Shown in pieces: positions 14,001-27,300 of a stretch of 64,000 nt of DNA. A program made the position numbers and the translations under genes. This DNA comes from Octopus sinensis (taxonomy: Eukaryota), in assembly GCF_006345805.1 (NCBI RefSeq), contig NC_042998.1:45942001-46006000 (forward strand), written 5' to 3'. How positions within the stretch are numbered: position 1 is the first letter of the stretch; every line of letters begins with the position of its first letter. Below the pieces are notes generated by a model that was given only the letters and a program-made list of their open reading frames with translations, was not told the origin of the DNA and made no database searches.

Positions 14001-17000
14001 GCTAAACAAAAGAAATATGTTGCAAAAATTCAATTCTTTACAGCCAAAGGATTACTGTCTGATAAATGCAGAGAATTAAAAATGTGTGAAGCAGGCTGTC
14101 AGTAACAAAACTAGATTAGTTATGTAATAAAAGCCTTATTTTACTGAAAATATATACAACTGAAGAAAATTGCAGTCAAGCAGCCTCAAAGATAAAGAAA
14201 AGAAAATCAATAAAACATTTTTCTTTCCTTTTCAACACATGTGGCAGACATAAATGATAGTTTTAGAAGGGTTCTAATTTTTTTTCACTATACAAGTTAG
14301 GCAGAAAAATTCTTTCTTGTGAGTAAATTTGTTATAAGAGCGAGTATTAGAACATTGATAACCATCATATCTGCAGTTCAAAAGCTTTGAGAGAAAAGTA
14401 TAATACAAGAAAACAGATATTGTAAGAAAGAATTAAACAGAGAGACATTGAAAGGATATTAAAATGATAAAAGCATGCATGTAAAAATATCCATGTTTAA
14501 AGAAATTGAAGTAAAATGTTTTTATAAATGAAGGAAAGAATGGATAGTGGATTTTACTAAAACAGTTAATGTACCAAAGAATTCACAAAATAGAGCATAA
14601 GCCAACAGGGGAACCTCAATGTGGTTGTTTGACCTGCTAGAAACAGCAGCCAAACCTCCTTCAAATCACGCCCTGCCATCTTAAAAAGAGATACGTTGGA
14701 TAATGTAGTTCTAGGTTCCCTGCACATAGGAAAAAGATGAGATGGTCAGGGCTGGAATGCCTTTGATCATAGGTCTGCTCAATCAGGGTTGACCAAGGGT
14801 TACACAACAACAAAAACAAAACGGAGCATAGCCAAACCTAAAAGAACAAGGAATAAATTCAAAATGCAAAAGGAAATATTTATAATTAAGTACACCTAAG
14901 TATAATATATGCAGAAACAGAGATAACTTGGAGAAGTAGAGGAAGTAGTTTACTTAATTTGAAACAAATTTCAATAAACTATGTCGTGAGTGGTGAAAAA
15001 TTCCCAGTCATAAAATGGATGAGAAAGTAGGGGCTTTTTTTTTTCCGTGTGTGCATTTCTAACCAATGGTAGTAATGAATAATATTAGCTACCTTGTTGT
15101 TATAACATTCCACAATGCAGGCATGACAGAAATACTGAGACTTTTTGTCAGAACTATCAGCTTTCTCACCATCACTACCAGAGTCCTGGAAAATAAAAGT
15201 ATGTAAACAATTGATGTGTAAAGAGAAAGAAAGGGTTTTTTTTGTTTTTTTTTTACTACATGAGATACCTTCTAACCCTAGCCTACAATTCTGTAAATAT
15301 AGCCAGTGAAATCGCAAACAGCAAATAATACTCAAACAAGCATCAAAGGGAATTTTCAGAGGTGGTGTGGCAAGAATAACATTCAAATAAACAGCATCTA
15401 AAATAATAAAAATGCATATCTAATAACAGTAGCCAAACCAATTTTCCTAAATTAAATGTAAGCACCTTTCAATCCCAAAGTAATAAGATTAATTGTAGGT
15501 CTATACAAATCAAGGCTTGAAATAATGACTTTGGCACAGTGAATTAATGTATTTGATTTTGGAATTTTGTCTATGTAAGTTAATTATTTGGTTAGACAAT
15601 TTTTGATGATAAATCATAAAAGGAAATTTTATTTCTAAATCTTAGAAAAAAAAAAAAAACTATAAGAAAAAGCACTTGACATTGTGTGATGGTGCCTAAA
15701 TGTCTACTATAGAAGTGTATCTGACTGGTGAATGGTTAATGCTTCTTTATCTTTAGAAGCCAAGCAGTTGAGAACAATTTCTTAGAGAACAACAAAAATT
15801 AGTTTGAGTGAAGAGGAGTGGAGCATTTACTGATTGAGAGGCTAATATACAATTAACATGCAATATGTGAGTGAAATGGTCACTTGTGAACTGAGAAAAT
15901 TGCAACTGTTAATTATTTGCAGAAACTTTTGAAAGACTTGTATATGTTCAACAATTTAGGTGTGGTATAAAATCCATGATGTTAACTTAATTCCAAAATG
16001 ATATTAAAGAAACATTTTATGTACAAATGGATGACATGCAAAACAAGATGGGTCCAGGCCATATAAATATACATATTTAACAAAATAAGTATCTGATAAT
16101 TAATTTGCCATCTAATATTGAATTTTAGCAATGCATCAGAATTCAAAATGTTAAATGGAAAAAGTATGACTCTATGCTAAACAATATGTAAACTGTATAA
16201 AAGTAAAGGAATATTATGAAATATTTATCAAGTCTCTAAGCCTTTAAAAAATATATGATTTACAAAAGCTTTATGATTCAAGTTACTTTACATAGGTTTA
16301 TTATTGTATACTAGTGAAAATAAACTGCCCCTTCTCATGTTCAATTTTTGAAAGAATAATTTTCAATTTAGCATTCTTGCTAAGAAAAAACATAAAGAAT
16401 GTATTTCCATGTTTCCAGAGATACTAATAATAAAGGCCATAAAATACATTGTGGCTTACACATTATAAAAACATTGAATATACAAGGTACATGTAAAATA
16501 AAAATGATACTTTTATATAAATTGTTGCACAAAGCAGTAATGGAAAATAAACAAATTTTAGATGAGCTCAGAAACATTGGGGACATATTTGAACAAAGGC
16601 CTTTTCCCTGCAGTTTGTCATGGAGAACAAATTCTCAATGATATAAGGACCTCATTCATGGTGGAAATCAAAGCAGATAAAGCTATAGATGATAGTGTGT
16701 AGAATATTGGGTTAAAAACCACATAAACAAAAAAAGTTGAGGGCTACCATGATGAAAATACATATATACAGACACAGAAGTCTGCTTCCTAACTACATAA
16801 TTTCAGGCCTAGCCCTAGGCTGACCAAAGTCTTGTGAGTGGATTTGGTACATAGACACTGAAAGAAGCCCATTGTGTGTGTGTATTGGTGTCTGGTGCAG
16901 CCTTCCAGCATGCCAGTCCAGCATGGACAACAGATGTTAAATGAAGATGGTGATGATGATATATATGTCGTCATTGTCATTTAACAGCTCTTTTTCCATG

Positions 17001-18274
17001 CTGGTATGGGTTGGCTGGTCTAGAAGACTCCACAAAATTCTATGAATCCACAAGATTCTATGTGGTTTCAACAGCTGGATGTTCTTCCTAATGCCAACCA
17101 CTTAAGAGTGTACTGGGTGCTTTTCAGCACTGGTGAGGTCGCCAAATACTCACACGATAAGACCCTCAACTGAGTGGGATATAGAATGTAGGGATAAGAA
17201 ACTGTGATACAAGGTCAAAGCACAGGTATCTTGCTGAAGAGGTGAATACATGGCTTGCATATGAGAGAGAGAGATATGTGTGGTCCAGGTACAAGGTGAA
17301 TATGAAACAGAACAGGATAAAAGAACAGAAAAGATGGATATGTAGGTAAGTGCACTAAGTAAAAATAATGTGACAGATGATTAGAGATAGGAAATGAGTT
17401 GAACACAGAAGATATCAGTTCAACAGAGGAGGGAGTGATGGAAATAGGGTAACATGAATGAATGTTAGAAGATGAGTTGAGGGAAGGCTTGACAGAATTT
17501 CAATTCTGCTGAGATGGATGAGTCATCTCAAGCACAGCATATCACCATGCATCTCAGCTACCATCAAGTCTTCTGAGAAGATCAACATCTTGAGGTCAGT
17601 CTTCACCACTTTATCCCACATCTTCCTCTTCCACATTTAGTGAATGACACTGTATTCAGCTGTCCTCATCCATCCACATCACAAGACCATACCACATCAC
17701 ATAACCACATCTGATGCCATTTATGCCCAATATATAAGCGTGTGTGTTACTGTCGCCTTGCCTTGATTTCATATGGTTGTAAATGACGGTTACTATAATG
17801 CAAACAGTGACCCTTATTTCCAATCTTTCATGAAAAATGTGCCTGGCCATCGGATATTACTTGAAAACAAGAAAAGGTTGGTGACAGGAAGAGAGTCTAG
17901 CTGAAGAAAATCTGCCTCAACATATTCTGCCCAACCCATGCAAGCATGGAAAAATGGACATATTAATTATGATGATGCAGGCAATACACTCTCTTGTCTA
18001 TGTGTATTTGCTATCAATATTTGAACAGATGTATGAGAAAGATTTGAGGTGGATAAAGGGAAGACAAGAGAAATGAAATATATAATCTTAGGTCAAATGC
18101 TCAAGCTTCATAAAAATAGTTTTAGATTTATGTGCAAAAATACGCTTTTTTGATAAATGAAATAGAAAAAAATCCCTTAAAAGCAAAACCAGAGCAGAAA
18201 GATTACAAAAGCTTTAGCACACAGCAGCCTTAGTGTAAACAAGACTGGACTCAAAATTTATTAAAAAAATGAAA

Positions 18275-18317
<43 letters not shown>

Positions 18318-21300
18318 ATATACACTACCGTCAGAAATTAATTAGCACCCTTGATTTGCTCACCATGAAGCATGGTGGGGGTGGTCTGATGGTGTGAGGG
18401 GCGTTCAGCTACAGTGGTGTTGGGCGGCTCTATGCCGTCGAAGGCAACATCAACGCAGCAAAGTACGTTGAGATAGTACGGGATACCTCTTTGGTGGCGA
18501 GGAGTACGTGCTGGCCAGTCACCTGACCTGAACCCTATTGAGAACTTCTGGAGTCGATTGGGTAGGGATTTGAATGTGCAGCAATACAGGAACCGACACG
18601 AGCTGTTTGGGGCACTTCTTGCTGCATGAGGGGCCATCCCTGCACAGTACCTGCAGGCACTCATAGACAACATGCCGACCCGCGTAGCAGCTGTCATTGC
18701 TGCCAAAGGAGGAGCAACAAGATATTGACTAAATTTCACGATTAATAACAATTATGTGGTGTGCTGGGATATGTTTTAATAAATTTTTGATTAAAAACAA
18801 GTTCATTTCTGATAATAAGTTAATTAAATTAAGAAAATGTAAGAAAATGTAGAAATTTGAAAAGTGCTAATTAATTTCCGATGCAAGTGTATATATGCAC
18901 AATAAAGTACAAATATGCATCTCTGCAGAAAACCGTAATATATACTTCAATGTAATGAAAATTGAAATTCATGTAAACTGTTCTAAAATGAAAATCATGG
19001 CAGTAAAATGAATATTTTCAAAATCTGTTAATTTTTATGCAAGAAAATCAAGTACATCAAACAGAGCTGTTAATTTTATTATAAACTACAGCATTTTGAT
19101 ATTTTATGTTTTATAAAAATAACGAGACTTTAAATGATGAAATATAATCAGAGTTGAATAAGTGAAGCTTCAGAGAAAACAAAATTAGATATAATAAATA
19201 AGCTCATGATAATCTGGACCATGACATCACAGAGAAAAAGAGAACATTAAGAGAATAAACAAGCAGAAAATAATCTGTACTAATCCTCATTTATTTCCCT
19301 TTTTGAAAAAATATGAATTATAAGCATCTATATTCAAAATAATCTATCCAGTACTGGATATACAAATTCAGGAAATAGAATTTTCCCTGCCAAAAAAAAA
19401 TAAATAAAAAGCTTTCAGTTTTTATAAATATACTTAGTTTTAGTTAATAATAAAATCTATTATGTATATCATCAGCGCTTGATAAGCAATTACTTTCATG
19501 ATAATGCAAATGTGCAGAGCAAACAATGTTAGCAAATGCATATTCTTTTATTGATTTGTACCAGTCACAACAAAGGAAAATGACCACATAGCTAACTATT
19601 TAGTATAAGTTTTGACATTGATTTCATTGGAAAAAAAGAGGGGAGCCAACTTAAAATAATATGCAGTCCAATAAATTTACATCTCTAACATATATGCATG
19701 TAACTCTTTATCAACAGATATATCAGAGCAGTAAGAGCAATAGAACAATAGTAGGTAAGGTTAGAGGAGTTAGCCTTCAGTTAAAGGAGCACATTGTCAT
19801 AGGTTTCCACAGATCAGGATAGATTCCTGTACAAAGACAGATTGAAAAGTTTTGCAAGAATAGAAACTAGCTTAACTCTTTGGTGCATTGTTTGAGGGTA
19901 ATGAAAGGGACAGTATCAGGCTGCTGGCCTTATTAGTTTGAAACATCTATGTGCTGTGATGTGAGCCAGGTGAAATGGGAAACAATAAATTTGGAGTAAT
20001 GTGGAATGTAGAGTTGGATATAAACTAAGCAAGAATATGGAGGCTTTTTCCAAAGAATTACTGCTCGCAAAACCATTATGGCTGCGAAACAGAGTTTCAG
20101 AGGGTTTTACAAATTTAATACATATCCTTTTAATGAGAAAACAGGAAAAAAAAAAGTAGCTGTTTGGGAAACAAGAGAGTATACAGACTGTGTGATACAC
20201 AAAGACAAACGTTCCATTTTGGATGATAGCCTTAAAGAAGTTCAGTGCAGTGTTATAGCCAACCATTACGTAAGGATGAAGGATTTTCACAAAGCATTGC
20301 AAGTGCGTCTTTATCTGAACTGCTGCAGTGCAATTGTGGGCAAACCACTTGCAAGAATTGAGGCTATGAGTCATGGTGGTCTGTGAAATGTAGAGAGATA
20401 CCTAAAAGGATCAATCACCAACCTAACTTTTTTGATGGTTTAAAAGCAAAGCCAGAAGCATCAATGTAGAATTGGTGACCTCCCCACCAGCCAAATGACA
20501 AAGTTCCACAGTAGTTGTCAGAAGACTTGATGGTTATGGTTCAGTAGAAGTTCAGTTTGAAGGTGAAAAACAAACTGAAGATATTTGGAGTGTCTGTTTC
20601 TTAGTCAGAAATGAGTGTGGGGGGTGAAACATGAAACTAGTTGAGGTAAAGAGCTGAAGATTTCAAAGGAATGCAGCCTTTGTATAACCAGCATCAGCAC
20701 AGGATGAGAGTGAGAGTTGATGAGCTGTGAGCATTGAAGTCATAAAGGACAATTCTGAGAAAGGTGAGGGGAGATACATGTCTCTGATGCAGATATGGTG
20801 AAAGAGATGATGGCTGAAAGAGTTTGATGAGTGGCAGAGGACATAGATGTACTTAGGAATGCGTCATACTAAAATGATGGATCAGTATCGAAGGAATTTG
20901 TTTACATTGTTTTATCACATTTAATATAATCATTGTTGGTTGAATATACTATACACTAAACAAGAAAGAATAAATTTTTCATCTCAATTGAGAGCCCATG
21001 TAAGTTATTTTGCACAGCTAATATAGAAATAAAATTTCTTTTGTTTACAATAGTGTTGCTTTATTTCTATTAATAATTGTTGTTATTCAAACAATCTAAA
21101 CTTTTATTTTTAATCCCGTTATGTTGGTAGTGGATAGTAGAGGTGATAGTGTGAACAAAATACCTTGTGCTAATAACACTGATTAATTTTCCCTCTCATC
21201 CTCCCAAGGCTAATGAAATAAGTAAGTAGTCAATATAATCAGCTCTACTGTAGAAAGTAATACCCCAGTATGACCACAGTCAAATGACTGAAACCAATAA

Positions 21301-24300
21301 AAGAATACTAATCAGTTTTATTTTTCCTCCAAACTAATAGTATAGGTTTGTGCACAGATCCAATAAGATGAACAGTCTTAAAATACACTAACCAACCCTC
21401 ATTTTTTCAAGCAAAGAAAAGGCCACAAGCAAAAGGCATTGTAAAGCTACATTATCATACATTCAAGATTCTACAATCTTTAAGAAAAAAAGAGGAAACT
21501 AATGACTGTCTGCTTTGGAAAAAATAACTAAATAAATAGATATACAAAACAAAATTAGTAAAATAAGATAAAGCCATATACAGAGTAGAGTTGAGCTATG
21601 ATAATTATATTTCAAGAGAGACCTTTTCAGAGAGTACACAAATTATTTTGCAAATTTTGCTATAACTTAGCAGACTCAGCAGTTACTGGACAACTGAGAA
21701 GTCAGTAACCAACTGTTCAACATGATGCCAATATCTTTACAAAAAATAAATAAAAATTTTAAGTAAGAAATAAAAAATAAAAAGGTTGCCCAAACAAAAA
21801 CAGAAGATTAGAGTTATTCTCAAAAGTCAATACTTTCAGAATAAAGATAAACTATGAGGATACTTGATTTAAGGTGTTGACGGGTTTGCTATCCTAAATA
21901 TTCTAAGTAGGGGGAAAAAAAAAAAAAAAAAAAAGGAAACAACAGAATTCTTGAAATACTTGAAAGTTAGCCTACAGGATACACAAATATAGTTTTACCA
22001 AAAAGTATCCTGATGGAAACAAATTCCAGCATAAAAAACCAAACAGATGCTACAGTGATAGATCAGAGAATTACAACTTCAAACAATTTTATTAAAGAGC
22101 AAAAATATTTCTAAACTTAAAAAAAAAAAGTTAAAAAAGATTACCCAACAAGCCTAATGAATAAGAAATTTAGTATAATTGTAGATTTTTATGCAAGCTT
22201 TTTAGAAGAGAAACAAAAATTGACTTAGATAATGCATTGAACATGACTGCTTCAGTACAAGTTAGTAAAATTCTAACAAAAGGTTAACAAGAATGCTAAT
22301 TATATTTTCTAGGATTTAAATTTTAAGCATAAAAGTGATATTGACTGAGAGCTTGTAACAAAACATTTAGTTACTACCCAGTATGTTATAAAATCAAATT
22401 ACCATTAATAACAACAACAAAAAAGTTGAAATTTTAGCAAATTAAATGAAAAACTACTTTTTAAAGTGATTATTCATGATATTAAATTTAAACTGTAGTT
22501 ACCTTAGCAGTGTCTTCAGTAACTGAACGTCTACTGCCATCAACAGTTACTGTTAAACCACCATTACTGTGTTCAGTGGATTGTATCTGTTAAAATAAAA
22601 GTAGACCACGGATAAATTATTTTAATGCTAAATAAAGAAAGTGTGATTAGGTGGAGCTTAACATGAATGGAACTTGAATGAAAAGAATGTATCTTATTGA
22701 AAAATATATTTGATAGTCAAAGGTTTGGAATCATACATTTAAAAACATCAGTATCTCTCTCATATATAATGGAAAGTGTATAATGGAAACACTTTTACAC
22801 ATATATATATAAATTACTACAAATAGAGTAGATTATGTCACTGTGTTATGCTCCAATCTATGCTTGGACCAGTTTGCCCGACTGAACAAATAGCAAGCCT
22901 CACCATTTGCATAAGAATCATGGGGGCAGACACGCTTGGACACACTCTCCATAGGGTCCTGTCAGTATATGTTCCATTTGGATCCCAAAGCAAAACCAAC
23001 GAAGTTTATGGATATTATCCAATCATTTTGCTTGTGATCTACTACTAGGTCTCCTGCTGGTTAGTCTGTCCTGTGTTCATTTCTGTCAACACTAACCACA
23101 AGCTCTAATGTCTCAATGTGAAGTAGTGGCTTGACCAGGAGCAACTTGCTGCACACCTTAGCAAGTAATGTTATTCCAATAACCCTTTGAAGGTACCCCA
23201 TTTTAGCTGCCCGTATTCATTACACACTTTCAGCCACTACCCAAGATTCATGACCACATGAAACAAAAAAACCGATTGCTGAAGATTTACATCATCAACT
23301 CTACAACCACAAGCCCAAAGATATCTAACCATTCTGCTCTTCTATTCCTGTTCTCTCTTTATAATCACCTTGTACCTTAAGGATACATCCCCACCACCTC
23401 TCTCCTTTTCCAGCTGGTGAAGCCATGTATGTCTTATTAAGCAAGACACCTGTTCATATTCATCTCTCATACTTCAACCTTTTGACCTCCTTCAGTACTA
23501 CACCCCAAATCAGTTGGGTGGTGGTCCTATTTTGCAAGTAACTTGGTAAACTCATTAGTGCTGGTGCCCCCTCAAAACAGAAAAAAAAAACCATTACACT
23601 CTGTAAAGTGATTGATATTAGGAAGGACATAACTACAGTAACCTTTGCCAAAATGAACATTGTTGTTAGGCAGGGTCCTCTGGTTTTTTGATTCCTGTTG
23701 AACCGTCCCACCCAAGCCAGCATGGATAAATTGATGTTAAACAATGTTTCAACTTCTTAGAGATAAAGCGCCTCTCTTCCACCAGTCATTCCAAATTGTC
23801 TAACCACTCTCACCAAACCCTCTCATGCTAGACACTTTTTCTCAATCTTTCCTCCTCAGAAAGGCAGCTTCCTGAGATTCCTTCTTGCTCATATTTTGTA
23901 CCAATAGCACTGACTTAATGAAATTCCAAGTGAATATCAACTGCATTAATCTCACCAAGGACTATAGGTAGTCTCTTTTCCTCTCACAACAAAATATATA
24001 CATAAAGAGGTTAGGGCCGAGCAGTGTACTGAACTCATAAATGTATCCCTCTCACTTATACAAATTGAAGGCACCCTTATAAAATTATATATTTTGATGA
24101 TATGGTTCATTGTTTGAAAGGTCGGTTTATTAGCAGCTATTCCTCACAGAGCAGCTCTTGGAACAGCAAGTTAGTATTACTTAAAAATATCTAATTACTA
24201 TATATAGTATATAACAGGTTCTGAATTTTATTTGACGGATTTATTTCAACGAATGCATTAGAAGAAATGTTAAAACACTTTCTGATGAATTTGTGTAAAA

Positions 24301-27300
24301 TAAAATGATATATTTTAGGGATTTAAGTTCTTTAAGAACAGTTCACATCAAATGGGAAGTTACAATGTTTAAAGCAATCCTTATCAAGTTCATTTTTACT
24401 TAACCCTCTAGAATTTAAACTGGTCATATCCAGCCCAAATATTCTACCTGTTTCACATTCAAATCGGCTAGATTTGGCCTCTCACACCTAGCCTATGCCA
24501 TTCTAAAAAGAAACAATCACTTCAGTAAAATCTTGAAGCTACAAGATAATACATGACTAATTCCAAACAATGTGAATAAATAAGCATTACATTTGATGAA
24601 ATAATCTGAATGCTGAAGGGTTAGATATTTTCCCAATGATTATATATATATTTATATATATATCATCATTTAACGTCCGCTTTCCATGCTAGCATGGGTT
24701 GGACAACTTTGACTGAGGGCTGGCGAGCCAGATGGCTGCACCAGGCTCCAATCTTGATCTGGCAGTTTCTACAGCTGGATGCCCTTCCTAACGCCAACCA
24801 CTCCGAGAGTGTAGTGGGTGCTTTTTACGTGCCCATATATAACTAAATCTATTAGATGAGAATAATTTAAGAATTTCATTCATTTGAGAACATAAAACTT
24901 TAGTAAATTATTTTAGACCATAGTTACCAAAATTATCAATGGAAAAATTTAGTTATTGTCTAAGGATTAATCACTTCACATATTTGCTTTAAATAACAAT
25001 AAGTATTCATAAATATCATACTTTTATGCAATATACTTTGATATTGAACAGATATATTTTCAACACATCAAGATGATTTGATAAACTTAATTATGTATCA
25101 TCTCTAATAAAGTCAAATGTTTTGTAAGAGTTTAAACATCCACCAGCTAAGAACCCTCTCCCCTATAAATAAGACAAAGAAAAACATACCTCATCATCAG
25201 TTGGCTCGGCAGGATCATACATCTCATCCTCTTCTTCATCATCATCTTCCATCTTTTTCTTAGCTGCAAATGTCAATGGTTGTATTGTCAAAGCAATATC
25301 AAGCCTTTTGACCTATACAAACCTTGGAGAAAACACAGTATATACTTCTTTATATATAAGAAGTATGAAAATTAGAAAGAAGAGGGTTATGTTTTATCTG
25401 TAAAGAAATTTTAGAACTTAATAGGAAATACTTATGTGTGATTGCATTGTGTGAGCGAGTGTATTGTGTGTACATGAGTGTATATAAAAATTGCAAGTTG
25501 CCACGTTATGAGAAATGGACAAAGGGGTGATGAGAAATGATAACATTATCAAGCATGTGTACTAGAACGGACACTAAAATACTATGGAAAAGGTGAAAAA
25601 AGAAACTTTTTTTTACTGTATTTTTTCTATATATATATATATATAAGAAATTTTTAAAATGGTGAAAACTTGATGTTACCATGAAGCCAAGTTACAAAAC
25701 TGAAGTAAAAAGAAAGACAATGAGTTGTGTTGATGTCTGTCATTAGGTGTTTACTACCAGACCTTAATAAAGAATGGATCTTAGTAAAAGAAAAAAAACC
25801 CAGGTGACAACAGTTTGGCTATAAAACGAAAAAATTAAATCCAAAGCATTAAAAAAAGTAGGTAAAAAAAGAAAACATGTAGTGAAGATTTTAATCTAGA
25901 AAACTGTATTAAAAGTGGGAAAAAAAAAATTGGGTAGAGATTTATGAAAAAAATTTCTTTAAATGAGTTAAATAAATGTAAGGAGGCAGATGTTGGTAAA
26001 GACATGGAGGGAAGGAAGCATAAATAATACACCATCACCATGGCTTTTCATTTCTTTCCAGAATTCAGTTTGTGATGACCTTAAAATTACATTATTTTGA
26101 CAAGAAAAAGTTGTCCCACCTTCCATCCAAATTAGTAGTAGAAAGACAATGATTATCTGGGTAGTATAAAATGCTCTTGTAAGAAAAATGAAGGAAATAA
26201 ATACAGAAATTGAATCATTTTGCTTCCTGAGTGTCATTTGAAGCAATAGGAAATTGGGTGGGATGCTCTGTAAACAGACCAAAATAAACTTGCCAAAGAG
26301 ATATGCAGAAGAGAAAAAGAGAGAGAGAAAACAGAGTGAGAGAGTGAGAAAGAAAGAGAGAATTATAGTAATAGGGTGGGAGAAAAAGAGGTAGAGAAGC
26401 AGCGGAGACAACATGCTAGTGACATTTCATCTGTAGCTGACCGCTCATTGGAAAATGACCAACAATGCAGGCGCCAGCAGGAAAAACCATTTATTTACTT
26501 TACCTGAAGTATCACGCTGTCTTCTATTGGAAGATTGGTCTTTACGACCTTGAGAGTAGAGTTGATCCCGTTTTTTAGTAGAAGGGGTACTTCCCTGTGG
26601 CCTTCTCCTGTCATTTGGGCGGATGATCCTGTCTTTGCCTCTGGAGGAGCGCTGAAACCATGACAAGGGGCCAACGTCTTAAGAAAAGGTTGAATAAAGC
26701 GGCCATAGATAAGCCATTAGACAAAAAGATAGAAAGGGAACATGGTGGATAGGTTAAAACACATTGCACTAAAACAATGAATAGAGGATGGAGTTTTTAT
26801 TTGAAGATGAAATGCTATCAAATCAGAGAAACTCTAGCAGAGAGATATAGCATTTTAAAAATGCAGTCATGAGTTGAAAACAAAAGGAGAGCTGTTTTAA
26901 ACTTCTCTCACTCTCTCTCTCTCTTTTTTCTTCAATATATTCCATACCAGAAACAATGGAAACAATGAATGCATTTTTTAAATTTGGAAAAAAACAATCT
27001 GAATGTGGGTAAAATCAATGTTACATTGCTTGGTAACATCCTTGACTTAAGAAACAGCCAGAGTTGAATCACTGAGAATGAAATTATTGAGATATGAGCA
27101 GAAGGAAGGAAGGATATTGGGAAATAATTTTTTTATTCTTTCATTTTTTTGGATATTCAATATTTTCAGACCAACTGAAAATATGAAAGCAACTTGATAG
27201 GAATTAAATCTGAAGCATGCATATGTACACACATTCAAACACATACATACATGTCTTACATATTTCTAATGTTCAGACACACACATTTATAAACACAATC

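Noticed and set aside
18338-18751. 137-aa minus-strand ORF
   Set aside because: Antisense shadow of the Tc1 transposase remnant.
25835-26414. Hydrophobic 148-aa and 68-aa ORFs resembling membrane proteins
   Set aside because: Products of U/C-rich intron composition (Leu/Phe/Ser bias); no domain.
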